Shown one piece after another: positions 53,389 through 64,000 of a DNA stretch of 64,000 nt. Below the pieces are notes generated by a model, which saw only the letters and a list, made by a program, of their open reading frames with translations, did not search any database and was not told the DNA's origin. How positions within the stretch are numbered: position 1 is the stretch's first letter; each line of letters starts with the position of its first letter. The position numbers and the translations under genes were made by a program. Source of the stretch: Geosiphon pyriformis uo1 (taxonomy: Eukaryota; Fungi; Glomeromycota); NCBI GenBank assembly GCA_016748015.1, contig JAAOMT010000602.1:571696-635695 (forward strand), read 5' to 3'.

Positions 53389-54108
53389 ATGACTATTCCT
53401 CAAAACATTCAACAATTATCCCAAAAACTAATGTTAGCTTTAAAAAGAATACTCAAATTATCCATTACTGTTACTGGAAACCACATTAATTATACTCAAA
53501 CAAAAGTAGTTACAAATTTAACCCCAAATTCACAAAAATATCACCCATATAAGAAAAACACAAGAAGTTATTCTGGAATTCACCTGTCAGAACTTTTAAA
53601 GCTTGCTTTAAGAGAAAACTTAATACTCATTCTTATTAGTATTCTACCAAATGCTACTATTCAACAAAAACTTCAACTGTGTCTTAATGAAGAGAACTAC
53701 GACTATACTCCAATATATAGATATTTTTACATTAGAAAAACACTTCACAAATGAAAACGGAAGCTTACAGCAACAAACCTCACAAAAGAAGCTATTCGGA
53801 AACAACTCTACAATGAATTCAAAACAACAGCTGGACCTACAAACAGTCGTTATAAACTAAGAGCTGCTCTTAGACTTTATGACCTATTTCACACCTGTGA
53901 AAACGTCCTACAAAACCCAATTTTACAACCTTTAAAGATTCAATACATTGGAAAGCTCACAGAACTGAAATTTCAACAATTTTCAGACCAAATTTCTTCA
54001 ATAATTTTGGATTATTATCTGGAAATTACAGACAGTACTTGGACTTCGATGGAGCTCAGTCTTAAGAAGAAGGTTATGTTACCAGATAAAATTAGAGATA
54101 TTATTTAG
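53389..54108 (+). pseudogene. ORF3 of G (239 codons, one internal TGA at 53752), unknown function
   Basis: ATG at 53389; the same frame continues KRKLTATNLTKEAIRKQLYNEFKTTAGPTNSRYKLRAALRLYDLF...VMLPDKIRDII* with the stop inside the 3' LTR. Confidence 0.8.
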
Positions 54109-55046
54109 CATAAAATTATCTTTATAATTCCTATCATTAATTAGCATATATTATCATTTCAAATAATCACTTATTACATTAGCAAAATGTCCGAAATTAT
54201 CATTTAATTAATAACCCAATTTGTACATAACACAAATGTAACCTAATTGCAATGATCAATCATGCAATACCCCAAAATATGTAACATTTAAAAGTTCACC
54301 AAAATTTGTAGAAATTTGTAGAAATAATTGATAGTTTACTGAAATATCTAATAGTTTGCAGAAATAACTTGTAGTTCGCCGAAATGTATTTTTAGTTTAG
54401 CAAAATTGTAGAAAAGAGCAAAGTTCAAATTCATGGAATAGTGTTACAACAAGTTGTATAAAAGAAAAGCTTCTCTCTTCGAGAAAATATATCTTACTTT
54501 AGATTTATCACTTAGAACCATTCCTACACACACAAAAAAAATAAAAATCAAATAATTTGAAAAACCAAATTCTTTAATTATTGCACTTGGAAAATTCCCA
54601 AAACCCAACTAACGTTTTGAAATTGATTAGCTACCAATTTTAGTAAACTGTAGTGACTCCAGGCCTGGATAGAAAACGTTTCTCTTGACAGAATTCTATT
54701 TCTTTTACATTTTTTTTATTTTTTTTCTTTTATTTTCTTATTATAATTATTAGGGTAGTCTACAGACAAGATTTCTGTAGAAGAGTTGACTTTCACAGCA
54801 AAGTAATTACACATTTTTAGTGAGCTTCCAGACGAGCAATTTCTGGGAAAGAGTTGACATTTACTACAACATAACTACACAAAGCAACTGGTCATTCCAC
54901 TTATAAGCCCAGCAGTTCAAATTATAGGAGATAATTTGAAGATAAAATTCAGTTATTGGAGGTTCAAACACTTCCCATAGTCATGAATTAATAATACTAC
55001 ACCAAACATACAAGAGCTAAGAAGAGACCAAAAATCTCCAGTAACA

Positions 55047-55731
55047 GTAAATAGTATAGTAATGATAATAGTTTTTTGATTCCAAATCTTTAACTTAGTT
55101 CTGCTAATGTTTTATTCACAAAATGAGTTTCTTGATCAGATAACAATTCTTTTGGACATCTATGTTAACAAATTAAATCTTAATAAATGAATTTGGCAAT
55201 GGATTCTGCATCTGCTTTTTGAATGGCTTTTGCTTCTGGCCATTTAGTAAGATAATCCATGACTACTACAATATATCTGTTGCCTTTGCTGGTAATTGTT
55301 AATAGTCCAACTAAGTCAATTTCAATGTGATCAAATAGTTGTCCCACTTTGATTGGTCTCAATGGTTCACTGAATCTTGTTCCTTTTCTTTTCTAACAAA
55401 CATCACAATTTTGAATATATTGAATAATGTCTGGATATATTAATGGCCAATAATATCTTTTTCTGGTTCTTTCCATGGTTGCTTATTTATGAAAATGTTC
55501 TGCTGTTGGGTCTGAATGCATGTTGAATAGTATTGTTTCTTTCTCTAATTCTGTAATTACTCTAATTGTTTCATCTGGATTTTTTCTGTTTTTCTGGTAA
55601 AATATATCTTGGTGAATAATAAAATATTTGGATTGTTGTTTGATATGACTTCATTTTTTTGGAGATAATTTTTTCTTAAACTGCTGGGTATTAATATAAT
55701 GTTAGAGTTGTTGATATTTTTGTATATTCAT
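55047..55731 (-). pseudogene. Integrase of F, N-terminal half
   Basis: ATG at 55731, MNIQKYQQL; HSDPTAEHF..CDVC; MDYLTKWPEA. Confidence 0.87.
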
Positions 55732-55953
55732 CTTTTGTTATATTTTTGTTTTCAACTGTTTAAATTTTGTTATATTTTTGGGTTGAAATGTTTTTTAGAT
55801 TTGTTTTATTCTTAATAAACCAGAAACTTTTTTCTCTTGTTGATTCCCTGACCATAACAAGAGCAAAATTTTATCAGAATTTTAATTAGTTTTTTCTTTC
55901 TTTTCTCTTTGTTTTTTTCTAATTATTTTTTCGACTTTTTTCTCTTTGTTGCA

Positions 55954-57851
55954 ATGAAACCAGTGGGCTTCTCTGCTTGTGGTTCTAGTTCCATTTCGGC
56001 TGGGTTGGGGACCTGGTCTAATAATAAAAAGAAAGCATATATTAAGAGCATATACTCTTATGGCCCTTTGTACAAGAAATCTAAGAATCCTAGAAATACT
56101 GATGGTATGGTAGATTTGTCAACTGGTTCTATTTCTGGTGACGTTTTACAAGCTAGCATTTTAGAACACAAGGAGTTTTGGGGTAGCAAAGTGGAAAGTG
56201 AGGAAGCTAGTGTTAGTGGAATATCTAACTTGAAAAACATGGACAACATGATAACAAAGAAAATAAGTTATGTAGATTCCAATGACTCCGAAGCTAATAA
56301 TATAGTAAATGATATAACTCTAAGAAAGACATAAATGAGGATGTATGTTCTAGAACAACTGCCAAAAAAACTTTCTTTCAATAATATGAGTAATGTTGAT
56401 GACATTTTGGAGCTCCCATCTCCTAAGTTTTATGGTTTCAATCAGCTGCTGAGTGCCAAGTCATGTGTTTTGGAAAAGAGGAGCTTTGAGCCAGTGAAAT
56501 CATTTACATTAGATATTAAGCTTTCAGTTATTCCAGGCAAATCTGTTAATAACAAGTTGATTTTAATAAAAAAAATTTTTTATCAAGTTGATGAGTTTGG
56601 GGGAGCCTCTGCTCCCTTAAAATTTCCAGGGATCATCAGATCTTTATTTACTTTGGAATTGAGCTTAAATAAAGCTAAAAAAATAACAATTTGTGAAAAT
56701 ATTTTGGTAAACAATAATGTTAAGAAGCTAAATAGTTGTTTGGATCAGGAAATAGTTGTCAAAGAGATTTCAGTCAATCTTTCCAAATTGGCTGTGGAAT
56801 CAAATTTGGCAAGATTGTATCAATTAAGATACAATTGATTGGTCTGTGGCAGAAAGCATTGGTTGAATATGAATTGTTTGAGATAGCTAATTTGGTCGCA
56901 GCTAGATAGTCTGTCTTCATGGAAAAGAATTCTGTTCATGTGACAAAAGCCATTGATAATAAACAAATATGAGTTTCCAGAGATTGACATTGGACTTTGT
57001 TGTATACACTTCTAGTTGGCATTATTGCTCATAATTTGTCAGGATTATTGGATTCTTATAGTGGAAAAACTTGTTTTATTGGCTGTAATCTGGCTATATA
57101 TGTTTGTAATAAGTGTGTTGTGATTTGTTTCAGTGATGAGGCATCCAAATTGGCTGCCATGAGTTCTCTGCTTGTTTTCAAGAGTGTGAATTTGTGCTGG
57201 GCTAGTCTTTTTCTAGTCTGTTGTGCCAATTGTAAACAATCTGGTCATGTTTTTGAATTTTGTTTATTGGGTGAATTTTTTGGTGTTCATGGGAAATAGA
57301 TGGTAACTTTTCAAGATTAAGTCTATTTGGCCAATATATATAGAAAGAAATAAGCACCCATTGCTTATCCAGTTTCTTTTGGTAGTCTCTCCTGGGTAAA
57401 AGTTGTTGGTAGATTCTCTTTTTCTCCTCTCTCTGGTCAAAATGTTTTGGCAAACATTGGCTCTTTTTCAAAGATGAAGTCATCCTTACCAGTTGCAAAT
57501 GAAATCAATGATAGGTTTGCCACTCTTGAACACAGTCTTGCCAGCCTCACAGAGCAAGTTGGTAAGCTGGCTAAGAGATTAGATGCACTTGAGTCAATGG
57601 TTTCTCAGCCTAGCCTTGGATGTCAGCCATTGGTAACCCTTTCATTACAGAATCAAGGAGTGGATGCAGTGATAAGTAAAAGTTCAGATGCATCCACTAG
57701 TAGTGAGACTGTTGTGGGAGTAGTGTTATTTGATGTGTCTTCAGTGTCTAAGCTGAAATACAGCATGAGATGTTTGATAGAAACAGTTCTGGGCCTTTCG
57801 ACCAAAGTGGACATTCTTGGTACAAGTTTGGTTCCCCAATACACTTCTTAA
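55954..57851 (+). pseudogene. LINE ORF1 (RRM-like region, CCHC knuckle, C-terminal coiled coil)
   Basis: ATG at 55954, MKPVGFSACGS; CANCKQSGHVFEFC ~57220; DRFATLEHSLASLTEQVGKLAKRLDALE; stop 57849-57851. RRM and coiled-coil calls are by eye. Confidence 0.82.
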
Positions 57852-60800
57852 TAAGTGATTTAGTTTGGAAAGTTGCTACTTGCAATATTAGAGGAATGAA
57901 CAATTTTGTGAAACAGGATGATATTATTTGTTGGCATAAGAATATGAACAATTTGATTTTTATTGTTACTAAAACTAAGTTAAAAGATAAGATTTATCTA
58001 TGGTTCATAAATAAGTTTAGTGGTGTCTGGATTTTCACTTCTGGTTTGAATTCTGATCATATGGGCTTTGGTGTTATAGTTATTATAAATGTTTCTTTGA
58101 CAAGACATGTGAGCAAAGTTTTTGAGGTACCTGGTTGGCTCCTGTCTATTAAGTTGTTTTTTAAGAATAAACTTTTCATGTCAATTTTGGGGCTTTACAC
58201 TGGTGTTTCTTCAGTAGTTTGGTTCTTTCAGACTAACAAAATCAACTCTCTCATTGCTAAGACTGTGAACGAATCTACCTTTGTCATTCTTGGTGAAGAT
58301 TTCAATAAGAACAGTTCATGTAAATGTGCTAGTTTCAAAAAGTGTCTCAATCTGGGACTGGTTAATTCTCTGTTGGGTAGCTTAGTCATGAGGGATCTCA
58401 TGTGAAAAAATTCAAGAGATGTTAAAAAAACAATTAATTATGTATTTGTCTCTCCAAATCTGGTTAATGCAATAATATATTGTGATGTTTCAGAGGTTGG
58501 CAAACATTTTGATATGAATTACTGGGCAGTTTCAGTGTCCATAAGTTTGAGTGGGCTTTTAGATACACAGTTGAACTCTCTTTGCAAACAAGCAAATAAG
58601 GATCATTGGAAATTTGATGTCAAGTGCATGGATGAAAATAAATAGACCAAGTTTAAGAATACTACATTGGCCAATGCTGCAATGTTTTTTGATGAGTTTG
58701 CTGTTACTGTAAAGTTCTCAAATCTGAATGCCATGTAAGATGTTGTGGACAAGGTGATGTGTCTTTTAGCAAATGAATTTTTTAAAAAAAAGTGGTTTAA
58801 AAGGTATGATAGTGTTTTTATCAAGGAATCCTCTAAGTTTTACAAGCTTGAAGTTTTGGTGTCAAGAATTGCCAAGATTTTGCATGAGGATGTTAGTAGT
58901 GCTTTTGAATTTTTGATAAACTGCTAGAAGTCTTTAGATGCTGATAAAATTTTGTCTATTCAGGCTCTGTTGAATTCTGATGTGAATTTTGATCATGTGC
59001 ATTTGATTCTTTTCAAGATGTAAAAATCATATTGTGCCTTCAAGCTTGCTGAGTTGTTACAGGCTGAGGAGTCAAGAATTAGGTCAGCTGTTAATAAACA
59101 AATAGAAAATTTTGTGGTCAACAAAGATTACATGATCAGAAGTGTGCTGAAGTGTCCTTTTCAAAAAGTGGTTTTAGACCATCTGATGATTGAAGATGAA
59201 CTGATTTTGGAGCCCAATCTGGTTAAAACCAAAGTGGATGTTATAATAGAGAGCTGAACTAGAAAGCATGAAATAATGGAGGACTTCTTTGATAATTGAT
59301 TTCATCAATATCAGCCTTTGGATTATGTTTTTGATGATGCTTTTTTAGGAGTAATGTGTTTGGTTAGTTTCAATGAATTGCTCAGTGTGATGTCTAATTT
59401 ACCTAATGGCAAGACTGCCAGTTTTTTTGGAATTTCAAATAAGCTTTGGAAGTATTGTAACAAATCAGTCATGGATATGCTGTTGGTTCTCTTAAATTCT
59501 TGTTTAACTCTTGAGACAGTGCCAGGTGCTTGGAAGGAAGCCTGGGTCTTAATAATTCCCAAGTCATATGAGTGGAAGGGAATTCTTATGAACACTCAAC
59601 CTATTGTCCTAATTAAGACTGCTTGCAAAATTCTTTTTAAGATTCTCTTGGACAGGATTTTTTCAGTGTGCAGTATTTTTAATGTTTTGTAAAGGGACAA
59701 TTTCTTAGTTTTGAAGGATATGACTATGCAATTTCTAATTTTTGCTATTGGTTTGGTAGTTGAGAATGCATTAGAAAAGAACTGTGAGCTCTGGTTGGTC
59801 TTGCAAGACATGTAAAAGGCCTACAATTTAGTAAATTGTAAGCATCTTAAGAGAAGCTTGGTTAGAATAAAAATGTGCAATAAATTCATTAGATTTTTTG
59901 GTGACATTCACAATAGTTATGTTAATAGGGTTATAACAGATTTTGGTTTAACAGATAGATATTAGATACATGATGATTTGAATTAGGAAAAGGTCTTTTC
60001 ACCTCTTTTCTGATGTATATTTTATGATCCTCTTTTGTGTAAGGTCAAAAGACAGGAAAGTGTATGTAGATATAGATTGAACTCTCATTTTATTGTCAGG
60101 ACTGGTCATGCAGAATCTCAGGCCAGGTTGATGTCTTTTCTTACTGCTGTTGCTTTTGTCAATGACATGATATGAGTTGGTAACAGTTAAGCTGTAACAA
60201 AACACATTTTCAATGTTGCTAGTGAGTTTTTTAAGATCAATGACATTTCTATTAATAATAACAAGATGGTGGCCATTCTTATAAATTGTGGAATAAAATA
60301 TCTTTCTTTGTTAATTAGTGGTTCACCTATTTTTATTACTAAGAAAGAAGAGTCTTATCACTACTTAGGTATCTTTTTGTCTACGAATAGTTTGTCGAAG
60401 CCTAGTTTAGCTAAGGTGCATTTGGACATCAGGTTTTTTGTTAATCTTGTGCTACAGAAGACCATTTCAGATAAACAGTTCTTATATTTAGTGTTGATTG
60501 TTCTATGTTTTATTGTTAGCTACAGAATGCAATTTAGTTTTGTTCCTATTGGAGTGTGTGAAAAGTGGGATGCTCTGGTTCACAAGGTGTTGAAATTGAA
60601 GTCTGGTCTGCCTCTTGACTTTCTTAGTAATGCACTTTATCACTCTTCTTTATATGGTTTAAAGCTTTTTGAGCAAATTCAGGCTAAAAGCAAGGTGGTT
60701 TCTGTTGTGTGCTTTGTAAACTCTGTTGGGATTTTGGAACGTTTGTTTTTACACAGATCTCTTGACTTGCAAACTCTGAGTTGGTGCCCAATACATCTTT

Positions 60801-62529
60801 TAATCTCTCCAGTTCGCATTAGGGTCAGCCCTTCTAATAATTTTTTGGCAGGTGTGGTTTATATTTTTTTTGGCTGCAATTTATTTTTGGATGGTCTGAT
60901 GGTCAGTTCTTTCCACTTTTGGAATGAAACTCCTATGTTGACTGTTCTTAGTGAAATTAATTTCTCTAGATTTCTTTTTTCACTTTGCTGCTATAATATA
61001 GCCTTTGTAGAACAGCTTCGTAGTCAGAAGAGCACTGTTTTTGATTAGAAGACTTTTAAGTAATGGAAAAGACTGGACTCACATGGCCTTGTTCCAGACT
61101 GGTTTAGGTTTTTTGTTGACTTTTTTAGTGGCATAACTTCTTCTTCTGCCAGTCCTTCCCCTTTGGGTGATTATGGACTTTCGAATGTTCTAGGGTCTAA
61201 TGAGTTTGGACTTGTTTGTAAGCAGTTGTTAAATGTTGCAGCTGATACCTTATTTGTATATATGGATGGATCTTTAAGGAACTTGGACAGTGCTGATGTG
61301 AAGACTAGCATGGCAGTTTTTTTTGAGAATGTGAACTTGGATTTGGGAGTTAGGATTTCTAGTCTGTTGTTCTCTACTTTAATAGAGTTGCAGGCTATTG
61401 CTTTAGCTCTTGAGTGTATCTTCTTTTTCAGCTCAGTTTGCCTTTTCACTAACAGTCAGACTGCCTTGGATGCATGCAAATTGGAATTGAGTTTGATGCA
61501 TCCAGATTTTTGGAATCGGTGTTGGATTGAGCATCAGCACATTGTAAACATTATTAGGAAAAAGTCTTTAAATGTCAGTTGGTATAAGATTAAAAATCAC
61601 TTGGGTGTCTTGGATAATAAACATACAGACGCTCTTGCTGATACAGCTTCTTTTTTCCCCTAGTGTCTTTCTCTTAACTTGAAGAAATGTTATATATTGG
61701 CAGAGGATGGTGTTGTTTCTGAGAATTCTAGACATTTTGTTCATGGAATTTTTTGTTCTATTTATCGTGCATGTTGGGAGCTTGGTTCTGGATCTGGAGT
61801 TTTGGATGGTAGTTTGCTTTCAGATGTAGATTGGCCTAGCTCATTATCAGTGTGGCATCTCAACTTGCATATGGCTGCTGGGTTCACTAATAAGCTTACT
61901 GCCAGTACTTGTATATACTTTATAAAAGTCTTGTATTATTGATTGTCTGTTGCTGTTTAAAAGCATCTGTATAATAAGTGTTATCTCAGTGTGTTATGTC
62001 TGTATTGTGAAGATGTTGAGGTCTCAGATCATGTTTTTTTTTACATGTTTGATAATTTGGCTTGTTGTTGTTTATTAGACACTTATGTAACTATTTGGTA
62101 TGCATTTTCTGATCTTTTTGTCTTCTTTTTATGTGTATCTTGTTTTTTGTCATCTGGTATTTTGAATGTTGCAATGTGTATAGCTCTTTACAAGGGCTTT
62201 GTTTTTAAGGATTGGCTTTATAAGGCTGCATCAGTTTTTGAAGATTCCAAAGTTGTGAGTCAGAAGATTGTGGACTTTGTGTGTGACTTTTGTCTTGCTT
62301 TTAGGGAAAAGATTTGGTTGGTCTATGCCAAGCATCATGCTTTTATGAAAAAGAATGGGCTGATACCATTTAATGGATCAATTCTAAAGTCAGTTTTAGG
62401 GTTGTTCTTGTTGTTTTCTGCTGGTATGATTAAACTATTGGGTATTGATGAGGCATTTGGTATAGAGTTAAGTCTTATTTGTTTCTCTTAGATATTGAAA
62501 GGCCTATTTTTGTTTATATAGATGCTTAG
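57851..62529 (+). pseudogene. LINE ORF2 (APE endonuclease, RT, RNase H, C-terminal Cys/His finger)
   Basis: KVATCNIRGMN..ILGEDFN..INYVF; AFVND at 60152; YHYLGI; VYMDGSL..IELQAIALAL..NKHTDALA; CLYCEDVEVSDHVF. Confidence 0.9.
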
Positions 62530-62663
62530 TGTTGTCCTAATCAGCTTGAGTGGCTGGTTGTGTGTAGAAAATGCATGATTTACATCTAGTTTAGATTAAT
62601 TATTTGATGTATTGCACTAGGCAGTGTTTGAACCTCATTCATTAAATGAATAAAAAAAACAAA

Positions 62664-64000
62664 AACAAACCATCAGTATTTCCATTTTTTTTTCCTTTTT
62701 TGTAATGTACTGTATAATTAAATAGTGAAAGTTCTATTTTCCATCTGACATAACAATCATCTCCAAATTCTTGCTTCTGAATTAAAGTCAATCTTTTATG
62801 ATCAGTATAAACATCAAACTTTTGACTCAAGTATTTTTTCCATTTGATGACAGTCCAATAGATAGCTAAGTATTTTAGTGCTAGAGTTCTATAGTTCTTT
62901 TTAGCTGGACTTAAGCTTTTGCTGGTGTAAACTACTGGGTGTTCTCATCTATCTGGTTTTTTTTGAAATAGTACAGCTTCTAATGCTTGACCAAATACAT
63001 CTGTAGTAATGATGAATGGTTTGCTATAATCTGAATAAATTAATACTGGAGCTTGAATAAGTTTTCTTCTTAGTGTGTCAAAAGCTTTTTGTTAAGTTTC
63101 AGTCTATTCATATTTAGTGTTCTTTATTTGAAGTTAGTGTAGTGGTTGAGCTATTTTAGAAAAGTTTTTGATGAAGTGGTAGTAATATCTTGTAAATCCC
63201 AAGAATACTTGTAATTCAGTCAAGTTAATGGGTACTGGAAAGTTTTTAACTATTTCAATTTTGTCTGGATCTATTTTGATGCTATTTTTGCTTATAATAT
63301 GTCCTAAAAACTTCAATTCTGTTTTTTCAAAGAAGCATTTAGTGGTATTTAGCTTTAATTCAGCTTTTTTTAGTCTTTCAAATACTTGTTAAAGATAATG
63401 TAAATAATCATCGAATGTCTTTGAGAACACATTGATATCATCCAAATATATGACTACTGATTTCTATAACAGTTCAGTATAAACAATTTTCATAAGCCAT
63501 TAGAATATTGCTGGTGTATTTATCAAGCCAAATGGCATTATTTTAAACTCAAAATTTCTTTCTCAGGTTGTAAAAGTCATTTTCTTCTTATTTTCTGGTT
63601 TTATGACTACTTGTTAGTAACTACTGTCTAAGTCTAAAGTCAAGAATCATTTTTTTCTTCCAAAAGTGTCAAAAAGTTTTTGGATCTTTGGAGTTGAATA
63701 GCTATCTCCTTTGATTACTTCATTAAGTTTCTAGTAATTCACACAAAAGTGGATTTTTTTATTCTTTTTATGGACTAGTACTACTGGTAACAATCATAGG
63801 CTCATTAATAATTGAATTAATCCATTGTTTAATATTTGATTGATTTCTTAACAAATAATTTCATGGCTGGCTGATGGTACTTAGTATGCTCTTTGTTTGA
63901 TTGGCATTGCATTTCTGGTCTTGATCTAATGCTGGATTATCTTAGTTCTGCCAAATTTGTTTTCACTTGCAAAAATATCAGTGAAGTTGTTAAGTAATAT
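62664..64000 (-). pseudogene. RT and RNase H of F
   Basis: MPFGLINTPAIF, YLDDINVFS, KFLGHII, ITTDVFGQAL, VYTDHKRL, KKNGNTDG. Confidence 0.9.

Larger units (their letters stand above)
29154..55046 (+). mobile_element. Element G: complete family-A Ty3/Gypsy element (LTRs 29154-30124 and 54077-55046) containing H and I
   Basis: Matched ~970-bp LTRs tgttaccaga...ccagtaaca; TSD GTAA (29150-29153 and 55047-55050); PBS at 30125; PPT 54064-54076. Confidence 0.95.
55823..62663 (+). mobile_element. LINE3: full-length (~6.8 kb) APE-type non-LTR retrotransposon with RNase H
   Basis: 9-bp TSD AATAAACCA/AACAAACCA (55814-55822 and 62664-62672), 5' UTR, ORF1, ORF2 and A-rich tail. Confidence 0.92.
26907..64000 (-). 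mobile_element. Element F: family B, minus strand; 3' LTR 26907-27755, PPT ~27756-27772, ORF3, integrase split by G, RNase H split by LINE3, RT running off the window
   Basis: The integrase frame (..LSLLYY|LQTNELIKRFNKTL) rejoins across G; the RNase H frame (GNTDG|LLRIKQI*) rejoins across LINE3. Confidence 0.9.

Noticed and set aside
53389-54108. ORF3 as an envelope gene
   Set aside because: No signal peptide, no fusion peptide or transmembrane helix, and it is short and basic.

Overview
The window is entirely decayed retrotransposon DNA from an AT-rich, CpG-depleted eukaryotic genome. The repeat and protein style suggests a Glomeromycota-type fungus, but that is inference. I find no host gene, RNA gene or CRISPR array. 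Using LTR ends (TG...CA), primer-binding sites (PBS), polypurine tracts (PPT) and target-site duplications (TSD), the window resolves into two nests, each six layers deep. Left nest: LINE > reversed LTR at 410 > A at 595 > B at 7538 > C at 10870 > D at 13231, plus two solo LTRs; the right halves of the outer layers are missing. Right nest: LINE2 > E at 26846 > F at 26907 > G 29154-55046 > H 32165-48197 > I 36628-46486, plus a full-length LINE at 55823-62663 inside F. Two related Ty3/Gypsy families (LTR family A and LTR family B) share an unusual layout: an AUG-less N-terminal extension, then Gag, protease, a Cys-rich domain, dUTPase, linker, RT and RNase H ending in a stop; a separate integrase ORF with its own ATG; and a conserved non-Env third ORF of about 210-240 aa, which in family A reads through the PPT into the 3' LTR. 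TSDs are 4 bp. Other notable points: H is a pol-deleted element whose two LTRs have different U5 ends, the LINE has a probable TAATG stop-start ORF1/ORF2 junction, and decay is dominated by C>T/G>A changes. Essentially all coding regions are pseudogenised, and domain boundaries are approximate because they were read by eye.
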